Source: Eledone cirrhosa (Eukaryota). Taken from it: a stretch of 64,000 bases of DNA. Below, piece after piece: positions 34,901 through 49,900 of the stretch (position 1 is the stretch's first letter; each line of letters opens with the position of its first letter). The stretch is taken from assembly GCA_964016885.1 (NCBI GenBank), contig OZ024744.1:115754001-115818000 (forward strand). The letters run 5' to 3'. The notes under the pieces are model-generated. The model worked only from the letters and a program-made list of their open reading frames with translations, did not search any database and was not told where the DNA came from. The position numbers and the translations under genes were made by a program.

Positions 34901-37900
34901 TCTAACTTAATAACACCAACTGGTATAGTGTTGGCTATGTCTAACTTATTAACACCACCTGGTATAGTGTTGGCTATGTCTCACTTAATAGTACCACCTG
35001 GTATAGTGTTGGCTATGTCTAACTTAATAGTACCACCTGGTATAGTGTTGGCTATGTCTAACTTACTAACACCAACTGGTATAGTGTTGGCTATGTCTAA
35101 CTAAATAGTACCACCTGGTATAGTGTTGGACATGTCTAACTTAATAGTACCACCTGGTATTGTGTTGGACATGTCTAACTTAATAGTACCACCTGGTATA
35201 GTGTTGGCTATGTCTAACTTAATAGTACCACCTGGTATAGTGTTGGCTATGTCTAACTTAATAGTACCACCTGGTATAGTGTTGGCTATGTCTAACTTAA
35301 TAACACCACCTGGTATAGTGTTGGCTATGTCTAAATTAATAGTACCACCTGGTATAGTGTTGGCTATGTCTAACTTAATAGTACCACCTGGTATAGTGTT
35401 GGCTATGTCTAACTTAATAGTACCACCTGGTATAGTGTTGGCTATATCTAACTTAATAGTACCACCTGGTATAGTGTTGGCTATGTCTAACATAATAGTA
35501 CCACCTGGTATAGTGTTGGCTATGTCTAACTTAATAACACCACCTGGTATAGTGTTGGCTATGTCTAACTTAATAACACCAACTGGTATAGTGTTGGCTA
35601 TGTCTAACTTAATAACACCACCTGGTATAGTGTTGGCTATGTCTAACTTAATAGTACCACCTGGTATAGTGTTGGCTAATTCTAACTTAATAGTACCACC
35701 TGGTATAGTGTTGGCTATATCTAACTTAATAGTACCACCTGGTATAGTGTTGGCTATGTCTAACTTAATAGTACCACCTGGTATAGTATTGGACATGTCT
35801 AACTTAATAGTACCACCTGGTATAGTGTTGGCTATGTCTAACTTAATAGTACCACCTGGTATAGTATTGGACATGTCTAACTTAATAGTAACACCTGGTA
35901 TAGTGTTGGCTATGTCCAACTTAATAGTACCACCTGGTATAGTGTTGGCTATGTCTAACTTAATAACACCATCTGGTATAGTGTTGGCTATGTCTAACTT
36001 AATAACACCACCTGGTATAGTGTTGGCTATGTCTAACTTAATAGTACCACCTGGTATAGTGTTGGCTATGTCTAACTTAATAACACCACCTGGTATAGTG
36101 TTGGACATGTCTAACTTAATAGTACCACCTGGTATATTGTTGGCTATATCTAACTTAATAACACCACCTGGTATAGTGTTGGCTATGTCTAACATAATAA
36201 CACCACCTGGTATAGTGTTGGCTATGTCTAACTCAATAACACCACCTGGTATAGTGTTGGACATGTCTAACTTAATAACACCACCTGGTATAGTGTTGGC
36301 TATGTCTAACATAATAACACCAACTGGTATAGTGTTGGCTATGTCTAACTTAATAACACCACCTGGTATAGTGTTGGACATGTCTAACTTAATAACACCA
36401 CCTGGTATAGTGTTGGCTATGTCTAACATAATAACACCACCTGGTATAGTGTTGGCTATGTCTAACTTAATAACACCGCCTGGTATAGTGTTGGACATGT
36501 CTAACTTAATAACACCACCTGGTATAGTGTTGGCTATGTCTAACATAATAACACCAACTGGTATAGTGTTGGCTATGTCTAACTTAATAACACCACCTGG
36601 TATAGTGTTGGACATGTCTAACTTAATAGTACCACCTGGTATAGTGTTGGACATGTCTAACTTAATAACACCACCTGGTATAGTGTTGGCTATGTCTAAC
36701 ATAATAACACCAACTGGTATAGTGTTGGCTATGTCTAACTTAATAACACCACCTGGTATTGTGTTGGACATGTCTAACTTAATAGTACCACCTGGTATAG
36801 TGTTGGCTATATCTAACTTAATAACACCACCTGGTATAGTGTTGGACTGTCTAACTTAATAACACCACCTGGTATAGTGTTGGCTATGTCTAACTTAATA
36901 ACACCAACTGGTATAGTGTTGGCTATGTCTAACTTATTAACACCACCTGGTATAGTGTTGGCTATGTCTCACTTAATAGTACCACCTGGTATAGTGTTGG
37001 CTATGTCTAACTTAATAGTACCACCTGGTATAGTGTTGGCTATGTCTAACTTACTAACACCAACTGGTATAGTGTTGGCTATGTCTAACTAAATAGTACC
37101 ACCTGGTATAGTGTTGGACATGTCTAACTTAATAGTACCACCTGGTATTGTGTTGGACATGTCTAACTTAATAGTACCACCTGGTATAGTGTTTGCTATG
37201 TCTAACTTAATAGTACCACCTGGTATAGTGTTGGCTATGTCTAACTTAATAGTACCACCTGGTATAGTGTTGGCTATGTCTAACTTAATAACACCACCTG
37301 GTATAGTGTTGGCTATGTCTAACTTAATAACACCAACTGGTACAGTGTTGGCTATGTCTAACTTAATAACACCACCTGGTATAGTGTTGGCTATGTCTAA
37401 CTTAATAGTACCACCTGGTATAGTGTTGGCTATATCTAACTTAATAGTACCACCTGGTATAGTGTTGGCTATGTCTAACTTAATAGTACCACCTGGTATA
37501 GTGTTGGCTATGTCTAACTTAATAGTACCACCTGGTATAGTGTTGGCTATATCTAACTTAATAGTACCACCTGGTATAGTGTTGGCTATGTCTAACTTAA
37601 TAGTACCACCTGGTATAGTGTTGGCTATGTCTAACTTAATAACACCACCTGGTATAGTGTTGGCTATGTCTAACTTAATAGTACCACCTGGTATAGTGTT
37701 GGCTATGTCTAACTTAATAACACCACCTGGTATAGTGTTGGACATGTCTAACTTAATAGTACCACCTGGTATATTGTTGGCTCTATCTAACTTAATAACA
37801 CCACCTGGTATAGTGTTGGCTATGTCTAACATAATAACACCATCTGGTATAGTGTTGGACATGTCTAACTTAATAACACCACCTGGTATAGTGGTGGCTA

Positions 37901-40900
37901 TGTCTAACTTAATAACAACAACTGGTATAGTGTTGGCTATGTCTAACTTAATAACACCACCTGGTATAGTGTTGGCTATATCTAACTTAATAGTACCACC
38001 TGGTATAGTGTTGGCTATGTCTAACTAAATAACACCACCTGGTATAGTGTTGGCTATGTCTAACTTAATAGTACCACCTGGTATAGTGTTGGCTATATCT
38101 AACTTAATAGTACCACCTGGTATAGTGTTGGCTATGTCTAACATAATAGTACCACCTGGTATAGTGTTGACTATGTCTAACTTAATAACACCACCTGGTA
38201 TAGTGTTGGCTATGTCTAACTTAACAACACCAACTGGTATAGGGTTGGCTATGTCTAACTTAATAACACCACCTGGTATAGTGTTGGCTATGTCTAACTT
38301 AATAGTACCACCTGGTATAGTGTTGGCTAATTCTAACTTAATAGTACCACCTGGTATAGTGTTGGCTATATCTAACTTAATAGTACCACCTGGTATAGTG
38401 TTGGCTATGTCTAACTTAATAGTACCACCTGGTATAGTATTGGACATGTCTAACTTAATAGTACCACCTGGTATAGTGTTGGCTATGTCTAACTTAATAG
38501 TACCACCTGGTATAGTATTGGACATGTCTAACTTAATAGTAACACCTGGTATAGTGTTGGCTATGTCTAACTTAATAGTACCACCTGGTATAGTGTTGGC
38601 TATGTCTAACTTAATAACACCACCTGGTATAGTGTTGGCTATGTCTAACTTAATAGTACCACCTGGTATAGTGTTGGCTATGTCTAACTTAATAACACCA
38701 CCTGGTATAGTGTTGGACATGTCTAACTTAATAGTACCACCTGGTATATTGTTGGCTATATCTAACTTAATAACACCACCTGGTATAGTGTTGGCTATGT
38801 CTAACATAATAACACCACCTGGTATAGTGTTGGACATGTCTAACTTAATAACACCACCTGGTATAGTGTTGGCTATGTCTAACATAATAACACCAACTGG
38901 TATAGTGTTGGCTATGTCTAACTTAATAACACCACCTGGTATAGTGTTGGACATGTCTAACTTAATAGTACCACCTGGTATAGTGTTGGCTATATCTAAC
39001 TTAATAACACCGCCTGGTATAGTGTTGGACATGTCTAACTTAATAACACCACCTGGTATAGTGTTGGCTATGTCTAACTTAATAACACCAACTGGTATAG
39101 TGTTGGCTATGTCTAACTTAATAACACCACCTGGTATAGTGTTGGCTATGTCTCACTTAATAGTACCACCTGGTATAGTGTTGGCTATGTCTAACTTAAT
39201 AGTACCACCTGGTATAGTGTTGGCTATGTCTAACTTACTAACACCAACTGGTATAGTGTTGGCTATGTCTAACTAAATAGTACCACCTGGTATAGTGTTG
39301 GACATGTCTAACTTAATAGTACCACCTGGTATAGTGTTGGACATGTCTAACTTAATAGTACCACCTGGTATAGTGTTGGACATGTCTAACTTAATAGTAC
39401 CACCTGGTATAGTGTTGGCTATGTCTAACTTAATAGTACCACCTGGTATAGTGTTGGCTATATCTAACTTAATAGTACCACCTGGTATAGTGTTGGCTAT
39501 GTCTAACATAATAGTACCACCTGGTATAGTGTTGACTATGTCTAACTTAATAACACCACCTGGTATAGTGTTGGCTATGTCTAACTTAATAACACCGACT
39601 GGTATAGTGTTGGCTATGTCTAACTTAATAACACCACCTGGTATAGTGTTGGCTATGTCTAACTTAATAGTACCACCTGGTATAGTGTTGGCTAATTCTA
39701 ACTTAATAGTACCACCTGGTATAGTGTTGGCTATATCTAACTTAATAGTACCACCTGGTATAGAGTTGGCTATGTCTAACTTAATAGTACCACCTGGTAT
39801 AGTATTGGACATGTCTAACTTAATAGTACCACCTGGTATAGTGTTGGCTATGTCTAACTTAATAGTACCACCTGGTATAGTATTGGACATGTCTAACTTA
39901 ATAGTAACACCTGGTATAGTGTTGGCTAAGTCTAACTTAATAGTACCACCTGGTATAGTGTTGGCTATGTCTAACTTAATAACACCACCTGGTATAGTGT
40001 TGGCTATGTCTAACTTATTAGTACCACCTGGTATAGTGTTGGCTATGTCTAACTTAATAACACCACCTGGTATAGTGTTGGACATGTCTAACTTAATAGT
40101 ACCACCTGGTATATTGTTGGCTATATCTAACTTAATAACACCACCTGGTATAGTGTTGGCTATGTCTAACATAATAACACCACCTGGTATAGTGTTGGAC
40201 ATGTCTAACTTAATAACACCACCTGGTATAGTGTTGGCTATGTCTAACATAATAACACCAACTGGTATAGTGTTGGCTATGTCTAACTTAATAACACCAC
40301 CTGGTATAGTGTTGGACATGTCTAACTTAATAGTACCACCTAGTATAGTGTTGGCTATATCTAACTTAATAACACCACCTGGTATAGTGTTGGACATGTC
40401 TAACTTAATAACACCACCTGGTATAGTGTTGGCTATGTCTAACTTAATAACACCAACTGGTATAGTGTTGGCTATGTCTAACTTAATAACACCACCTGGT
40501 ATAGTGTTGGCTATGTCTCACTTAATAGTACCACCTGGTATAGTGTTGGCTATGTCTAACTTAATAGTACCACCTGGTATAGTGTTGGCTATGTCTAACT
40601 TACTAACACCAACTGGTATAGTGTTGGCTATGTCTAACTAAATAGTACCACCTGGTATAGTGTTGGACATGTCTAACTTAATAGTACCACCTGGTATAGT
40701 GTTGGACATGTCTAACTTAATAGTACCACCTGGTATAGTGTTGGCTATGTCTAACTTAATAGTACCACCTGGTATAGTGTTGGCTATGTCTAACTTAATA
40801 GTACCACCTGGTATAGTGTTGGCTATATCTAACTTAATAGTACCACCTGGTATAGTGTTGGCTATGTCTAACTTAATAGTACCACCTGGTATAGTGTTGG

Positions 40901-43900
40901 ACATGTCTAACTTAATAGTACCACCTGGTATAGTGTTGGCTATGTCTAACTTAATAGTACCACCTGGTATAGTGTTGGCTATGTCTAACTTAATAACACC
41001 ACCTGGTATAGTGTTGGCTATGTCTAACTTAATAGTACCACCTGGTATAGTGTTGGCTATGTCTAACTTAATAACACCACCTGGTATAGTGTTGGACATG
41101 TCTAACTTAATAGTACCACCTGGTATATTGTTGGCTCTATCTAACATAATAACACCAACTGGTATAGTGTTGGCTATGTCTAACTTAATAACACCACCTG
41201 GTATAGTGTTGGACATGTCTAACTTAATAACACCACCTGGTATAGTGTTGGCTATGTCTAACATAATAACACCACCTGGTATAGTGTTGGCTATGTCTAA
41301 CTTAATAACACCACCTGGTATAGTGTTGGACATGTCTAACTTAATAACACCACCTGGTATAGTGTTGGCTATGTCTAACATAATAACACCAACTGGTATA
41401 GTGTTGGCTATGTCTAACTTAATAACACCACCTGGTATAGTGTTGGACATGTCTAACTTAATAACACCACCTGGTATAGTGTTGGCTATGTCTAACATAA
41501 TAACACCACCTGGTATAGTGTTGGCTATGTCTAACTTAATAACACCACCTGGTATAGTGTTGGACATGTCTAACTTAATAACACCACCTGGTATAGTGTT
41601 AACTATGTCTAACATAATAACACCAACTGGTATAGTGTTGGCTATGTCTAACTTAATAACACCACCTGGTATAGTGTTGGACATGTCTAACTTAATAGTA
41701 CCACCTGGTATAGTGTTGGACATGTCTAACTTAATAACACCACCTGGTATAGTGTTGGCTATGTCTAACATAATAACACCAACTGGTATAGTGTTGGCTA
41801 TGTCTAACTTAATAACACCACCTGGTATAGTGTTGGACATGTCTAACTTAATAGTACCACCTGGTATAGTGTTGGCTATATCTAACTTAATAACACCACC
41901 TGGTATAGTGTTGGACTGTCTAACTTAATACCACCACCTGGTATAGTGTTGGCTATGTCTAACTTAATAACACCAACTGGTATAGTGTTGGCTATGTCTA
42001 ACTTATTAACACCACCTGGTATAGTGTTGGCTATGTCTCACTTAATAGTACCACCTGGTATAGTGTTGGCTATGTCTAACTTAATAGTACCACCTGGTAT
42101 AGTGTTGGCTATGTCTAACTTACTAACACCAACTGGTATAGTGTTGGCTATGTCTAACTTAATAGTACCACCTGGTATAGTGTTGGACATGTCTAACTTA
42201 ATAGTACCACCTGGTATTGTGTTGGACATGTCTAACTTAATAGTACCACCTGGTATAGTGTTGGCTATGTCTAACTTAATAGTACCACCTGGTATAGTGT
42301 TGGCTATGTCTAACTTAATAGTACCACCTGGTATAGTGTTGGCTATGTCTAACTTAATAACACCACCTGGTATAGTGTTGGCTATGTCTAACTTAATAAC
42401 ACCAACTGGTACAGTGTTGGCTATGTCTAACTTAATAACACCACCTGGTATAGTGTTGGCTATGTCTAACTTAATAGTACCACCTGGTATAGTGTTGGCT
42501 ATATCTAACTTAATAGTACCACCTGGTATAGTGTTGGCTATGTCTAACTTAATAGTACCACCTGGTATAGTGTTGGCTATGTCTAACTTAATAGTACCAC
42601 CTGGTATAGTGTTGGCTATATCTAACTTAATAGTACCACCTGGTATAGTGTTGGCTATGTCTAACTTAATAGTACCACCTGGTATAGTGTTGGACATGTC
42701 TAACTTAATAGTACCACCTGGTATAGTGTTGGCTATGTCTAACTTAATAGTACCACCTGGTATAGTGTTGGCTATGTCTAACTTAATAGTACCACCTGGT
42801 ATAGTGTTGGCTATATCTAACTTAATAGTACCACCTGGTATAGTGTTGGCTATGTCTAACTTAATAGTACCACCTGGTATAGTATTGGACATGTCTAACT
42901 TAATAGTACCACCTGGTATAGTGTTGGCTATGTCTAACTTAATAGTACCACCTGGTATAGTATTGGACATGTCTAACTTAATAGTAACACCTGGTATAGT
43001 GTTGGCTATGTCTAACTTAATAGTACCACCTGGTATAGTGTTGGCTATGTCTAACTTAATAACACCACCTGGTATAGTGTTGGCTATGTCTAACTTAATA
43101 GTACCACCTGGTATAGTGTTGGCTATGTCTAACTTAATAACACCACCTGGTATAGTGTTGGACATGTCTAACTTAATAGTACCACCTGGTATATTGTTGG
43201 CTATATCTAACTTAATAACACCACCTGGTATAGTGTTGGCTATGTCTAACATAATAACACCACCTGGTATAGTGTTGGACATGTCTAACTTAATAACACC
43301 ACCTGGTATAGTGTTGGCTATGTCTAACATAATAACACCAACTGGTATAGTGTTGGCTATGTCTAACTTAATAACACCACCTGGTATAGTGTTGGACATG
43401 TCTAACTTAATAGTACCACCTGGTATAGTGTTGGCTATATCTAACTTAATAACACCGCCTGGTATAGTGTTGGACATGTCTAACTTAATAACACCACCTG
43501 GTATAGTGTTGGCTATGTCTAACTTAATAACACCAACTGGTATAGTGTTGGCTATGTCTAACTTAATAACACCACCTGGTATAGTGTTGGCTATGTCTCA
43601 CTTAATAGTACCACCTGGTATAGTGTTGGCTATGTCTAACTTAATAGTACCACCTGGTATAGTGTTGGCTATGTCTAACTTACTAACACCAACTGGTATA
43701 GTGTTGGCTATGTCTAACTAAATAGTACCACCTGGTATAGTGTTGGACATGTCTAACTTAATAGTACCACCTGGTATAGTGTTGGACATGTCTAACTTAA
43801 TAGTACCACCTGGTATAGTGTTGGACATGTCTAACTTAATAGTACCACCTGGTATAGTGTTGGCTATGTCTAACTTAATAGTACCACCTGGTATAGTGTT

Positions 43901-46900
43901 GGCTATATCTAACTTAATAGTACCACCTGGTATAGTGTTGGCTATGTCTAACATAATAGTACCACCTGGTATAGTGTTGACTATGTCTAACTTAATAACA
44001 CCACCTGGTATAGTGTTGGCTATGTCTAACTTAATAACACCGACTGGTATAGTGTTGGCTATGTCTAACTTAATAACACCACCTGGTATAGTATTGGACA
44101 TGTCTAACTTAATAGTACCACCTGGTATAGTGTTGGCTAATTCTAACTTAATAGTACCACCTGGTATAGTGTTGGCTATGTCTAACTTAATAACACCACC
44201 TGGTATAGTGTTGGCTATGTCTAACTTAATAGTACCACCTGGTATAGTGTTGGCTATGTCTAACTTAATAACACCACCTGGTATAGTGTTGGACATGTCT
44301 AACTTAATAGTACCACCTGGTATATTGTTGGCTATATCTAACTTAATAACACCACCTGGTATAGTGTTGGCTATGTCTAACATAATAACACCACCTGGTA
44401 TAGTGTTGGACATGTCTAACTTAATAACACCACCTGGTATAGTGTTGGCTATGTCTAACATAATAACACCAACTGGTATAGTGTTGGCTATGTCTAACTT
44501 AATAACACCACCTGGTATAGTGTTGGACATGTCTAACTTAATAGTACCACCTAGTATAGTGTTGGCTATATCTAACTTAATAACACCACCTGGTATAGTG
44601 TTGGACATGTCTAACTTAATAACACCACCTGGTATAGTGTTGGCTATGTCTAACTTAATAACACCAACTGGTATAGTGTTGGCTATGTCTAACTTAATAA
44701 CACCACCTGGTATAGTGTTGGCTATGTCTCACTTAATAGTACCACCTGGTATAGTGTTGGCTATGTCTAACTTAATAGTACCACCTGGTATAGTGTTGGC
44801 TATGTCTAACTTACTAACACCAACTGGTATAGTGTTGGCTATGTCTAACTAAATAGTACCACCTGGTATAGTGTTGGACATGTCTAACTTAATAGTACCA
44901 CCTGGTATAGTGTTGGACATGTCTAACTTAATAGTACCACCTGGTATAGTGTTGGCTATGTCTAACTTAATAGTACCACCTGGTATAGTGTTGGCTATGT
45001 CTAACTTAATAGTACCACCTGGTATAGTGTTGGCTATATCTAACTTAATAGTACCACCTGGTATAGTGTTGGACATGTCTAACTTAATAGTACCACCTGG
45101 TATAGTGTTGGCTATGTCTAACTTAATAGTACCACCTGGTATAGTGTTGGCTATGTCTAACTTAATAACACCACCTGGTATAGTGTTGGCTATGTCTAAC
45201 TTAATAGTACCACCTGGTATAGTGTTGGCTATGTCTAACTTAATAACACCACCTGGTATAGTGTTGGACATGTCTAACTTAATAGTACCACCTGGTATAT
45301 TGTTGGCTCTATCTAACATAATAACACCAACTGGTATAGTGTTGGCTATGTCTAACTTAATAACACCACCTGGTATAGTGTTGGACATGTCTAACTTAAT
45401 AACACCACCTGGTATAGTGTTGGCTATGTCTAACATAATAACACCACCTGGTATAGTGTTGGCTATGTCTAACTTAATAACACCACCTGGTATAGTGTTG
45501 GACATGTCTAACTTAATAACACCACCTGGTATAGTGTTGGCTATGTCTAACATAATAACACCAACTGGTATAGTGTTGGCTATGTCTAACTTAATAACAC
45601 CACCTGGTATAGTGTTGGACATGTCTAACTTAATAGTACCACCTGGTATAGTGTTGGACATGTCTAACTTAATAACACCACCTGGTATAGTGTTGGCTAT
45701 GTCTAACATAATAACACCAACTGGTATAGTGTTGGCTATGTCTAACTTAATAACACCACCTGGTATAGTGTTGGACATGTCTAACTTAATAGTACCACCT
45801 GGTATAGTGTTGGCTATATCTAACTTAATAACACCACCTGGTATAGTGTTGGACTGTCTAACTTAATACCACCACCTGGTATAGTGTTGGCTATGTCTAA
45901 CTTAATAACACCAACTGGTATAGTGTTGGCTATGTCTAACTTATTAACACCACCTGGTATAGTGTTGGCTATGTCTCACTTAATAGTACCACCTGGTATA
46001 GTGTTGGCTATGTCTAACTTAATAGTACCACCTGGTATAGTGTTGGCTATGTCTAACTTACTAACACCAACTGGTATAGTGTTGGCTATGTCTAACTTAA
46101 TAGTACCACCTGGTATAGTGTTGGACATGTCTAACTTAATAGTACCACCTGGTATTGTGTTGGACATGTCTAACTTAATAGTACCACCTGGTATAGTGTT
46201 GGCTATGTCTAACTTAATAGTACCACCTGGTATAGTGTTGGCTATGTCTAACTTAATAGTACCACCTGGTATAGTGTTGGCTATGTCTAACTTAATAACA
46301 CCACCTGGTATAGTGTTGGCTATGTCTAACTTAATAACACCAACTGGTACAGTGTTGGCTATGTCTAACTTAATAACACCACCTGGTATAGTGTTGGCTA
46401 TGTCTAACTTAATAGTACCACCTGGTATAGTGTTGGCTATATCTAACTTAATAGTACCACCTGGTATAGTGTTGGCTATGTCTAACTTAATAGTACCACC
46501 TGGTATAGTGTTGGCTATGTCTAACTTAATAGTACCACCTGGTATAGTGTTGGCTATATCTAACTTAATAGTACCACCTGGTATAGTGTTGGCTATGTCT
46601 AACTTAATAGTACCACCTGGTATAGTGTTGGACATGTCTAACTTAATAGTACCACCTGGTATAGTGTTGGCTATGTCTAACTTAATAGTACCACCTGGTA
46701 TAGTGTTGGCTATGTCTAACTTAATAGTACCACCTGGTATAGTGTTGGACATGTCTAACTTAATAGTACCACCTGGTATAGTGTTGGCTATGTCTAACTT
46801 AATAGTACCACCTGGTATAGTGTTGGCTATGTCTAACTTAATAACACCACCTGGTATAGTGTTGGACATGTCTAACTTAATAGTACCACCTGGTATAGTG

Positions 46901-49900
46901 TTGGACATGTCTAACTTAATAGTACCACCTGGTATAGTGTTGGCTATGTCTAACTTAATAGTACCACCTGGTATAGTGTTGGCTATATCTAACTTAATAA
47001 CACCACCTGGTATAGTGTTGGCTATATCTCACTTAATAGTACCACCTGCTATAGTGTTGGCTATGTCTAACTTAATAGTACCACCTGGTATAGTGTTGGA
47101 CATGTCTAACTTAATAACACCACCTGCTATAGTGTTGGCTATGTCTAACTTAATAGTACCACCTGGTATAGTGTTTGCTATGTCTAACTTAATAGTACCA
47201 CCTGGTATAGTGTTGGACATGTCTAACTTAATAGTACCACCTGGTATAGTGTTGGCTATGTCTAACTAAATAACACCACCTGGTATAGTGTTGGACATGT
47301 CTAACTTAATAACACCACCTGGTATAGTGTTGGCTATGTCTAACTTAATGGTACCACCTGCTACAGTGTTGGCTATGTCTAACTTAATAGTACCACCTGG
47401 TATAGTGTTGGACATGTCTAACTTAATAGTACCACCTGGTATAGTGTTGGCTATGTCTAACTTAATAGTACCACCTGGTATAGTGTTGGCTATGTCTAAC
47501 TTAATAACACCACCTGGTATAGTGTTGGCTATGTCTAACTTAATAGTACCACCTGGTATAGTGTTGGCTATGTCTAACTTAATAACACCACCTGGTATAG
47601 TGTTGGACATGTCTAACTTAATAGTACCACCTGGTATAGTGTTGGCTATATCTAACTTAATAACACCACCTGGTATAGAGTTGGCTATGTCTAACATAAT
47701 TACACCACCTGGTATAGTGTTGGCTATGTCTAACTTAATAACACCACCTGGTATAGTGCTGGCTATGTCTAGCTTAATAACACCACCTGGTATAGTGTTG
47801 GACATGTCTAACTTAATAACACCACCTGGTATAGTGTTGGCTATGTCTAACTTAATAACACCAACTGGTATAGTGTTGGCTATGTCTAACTTAATAACAC
47901 CAACTGGTATAGTGTTGGCTATGTCTAACTTAATAACACCACCTGGTATAGTGTTGGACATGTCTAACTTAATAACACCACCTGGTATAGTGTTGGCTAT
48001 GTCTAACTTAATAGTAGCACCTGCTATAGTGTTGGCTATATCTAACTTAATAACACCACCTGGTATAGTGTTGGCTATGTCTAACTTAATAACACCACCT
48101 GGTATAGTGTTGGCTATGTCTAACTTAATAACACCAACTGGTATAGTGTTGGCTATGTCTAACTTAATAACACCACCTGGTATAGTGTTGGCTACGTCTC
48201 ACTTAATTGTACCACCTGGTATAGTGTTGGCTATGTCTAACTTAATAACACCACCTGGTATAGTGTTGGACATGTCTAACTTAATAGTACCACCTGGTAT
48301 TGTGTTGGCTATGTCTAACTTAATAGTACCACCTGGTATAGTGTTGGCTATGTCTAACTTACTAACACCAACTGGTATAGTGTTGGCTATGTCTAACTTA
48401 ATAGTACCACCTGGTATAGTGTTGGACATGTCTAACTTAATAGTACCACCTGGTATAGTGTTGGCTATGTCTAACTTAATAACAACACCTGGTATAGTGT
48501 TGGCTATGTCTAACTTAATAACAACAACTGGTATAGTGTTGGCTATGTCTAACTTAATAACACCACCTGGTATAGTGTTGGACATGTCTAACTTAATAGT
48601 ACCACCTGGTATAGTGTTGGACATGTCTAACTTAATAACACCAACTGGTATAGTGTTGGCTATGTCTAACTTAATAGTACCACCTAGTACAGTGTTGCTA
48701 TGTCTAACTTAATAACACCACCTGGTATAGTGTTGGACATGTCTAACTTAATAGTAACACCTGGTATAGTGTTGGACATGTCTAACTTAATAGTACCACC
48801 TGGTATAGTGTTGGCTCTGTCTAACTTAATAACACCACCTGGTATAGTGTTGGACATGTCTAACTTAATAGTAACAGCTGGTATAGTGTTGGACATGTCT
48901 AACTTAATAGTACCACCTGGTATAGTGTTGGCTATGTCTAACTTAATAACACCACCTGGTATAGTGTTGGCTATGTCTAACTTAATAACACCACCTGGTA
49001 TAGTGTTAGCTATATCTAACTTAATAGTAACACCTGGTATAGTGCTGGACATGTCTAACTTAATAGTACCACCTGGTATAGTGTTGGCTATGTCTAACTT
49101 AATAACACCAACTGGTATAGTGTTGGCTATGTCTAACTAAATAATACCACCTGGTATAGTGTTGGACATGTCTAACTTAATAGTACCACCTGGTATAGTG
49201 TTGGACATGTCTAACTTAATATTACCACCTGGTATAGTGTTGGCTATGTCTAACTTAATAACACCACCTGGTATAGTGTTGGACATGTCTAACTTAATAA
49301 CACCAACTGGTATAGTGTTGGCTATGTCTAACTTAATAGTACCACCTGGTATAGTGTTGGCTATGTCTAACTTAATAACACCACCTGGTATAGTGTTGGA
49401 CATGTCTAACTTAATAAAACCAACTGGTATAGTGTTGGCTATGTCTAACTTAATAACACCACCTGGTATAGTGTTGGCTATGTCTAACTTAATAGTACCA
49501 CCTGGTATAGTGTTGGCTATGTCTAACTTAATAACACCACCTGGTATAGTGTTGGACATGTCTAACTTAATAACACCAACTGGTATAGTGTTGGCTATGT
49601 CTAACTTAAAAGTACCACCTGGTATAGTGTTGGCTATGTCTAACTTAATAGTACCACCTGGTATAGTGTTGGCTATGTCTAACTTAATAACACCACCTGG
49701 TATAGTGTTGGCTATGTCTAACTTAATAACACCAACTGGTATAGTGTTGGCTATGTCTAACTTAATAACACCACCTGGTATAGTGTTGGCTATGTCTAAG
49801 TTAATAGTACCACCTGGTATAGTGTTGGCTATATCTAACTTAATAGTACCACCTGGTATAGTGTTGGCTATGTCTATGTTAATAGTACCACCTAGTATAG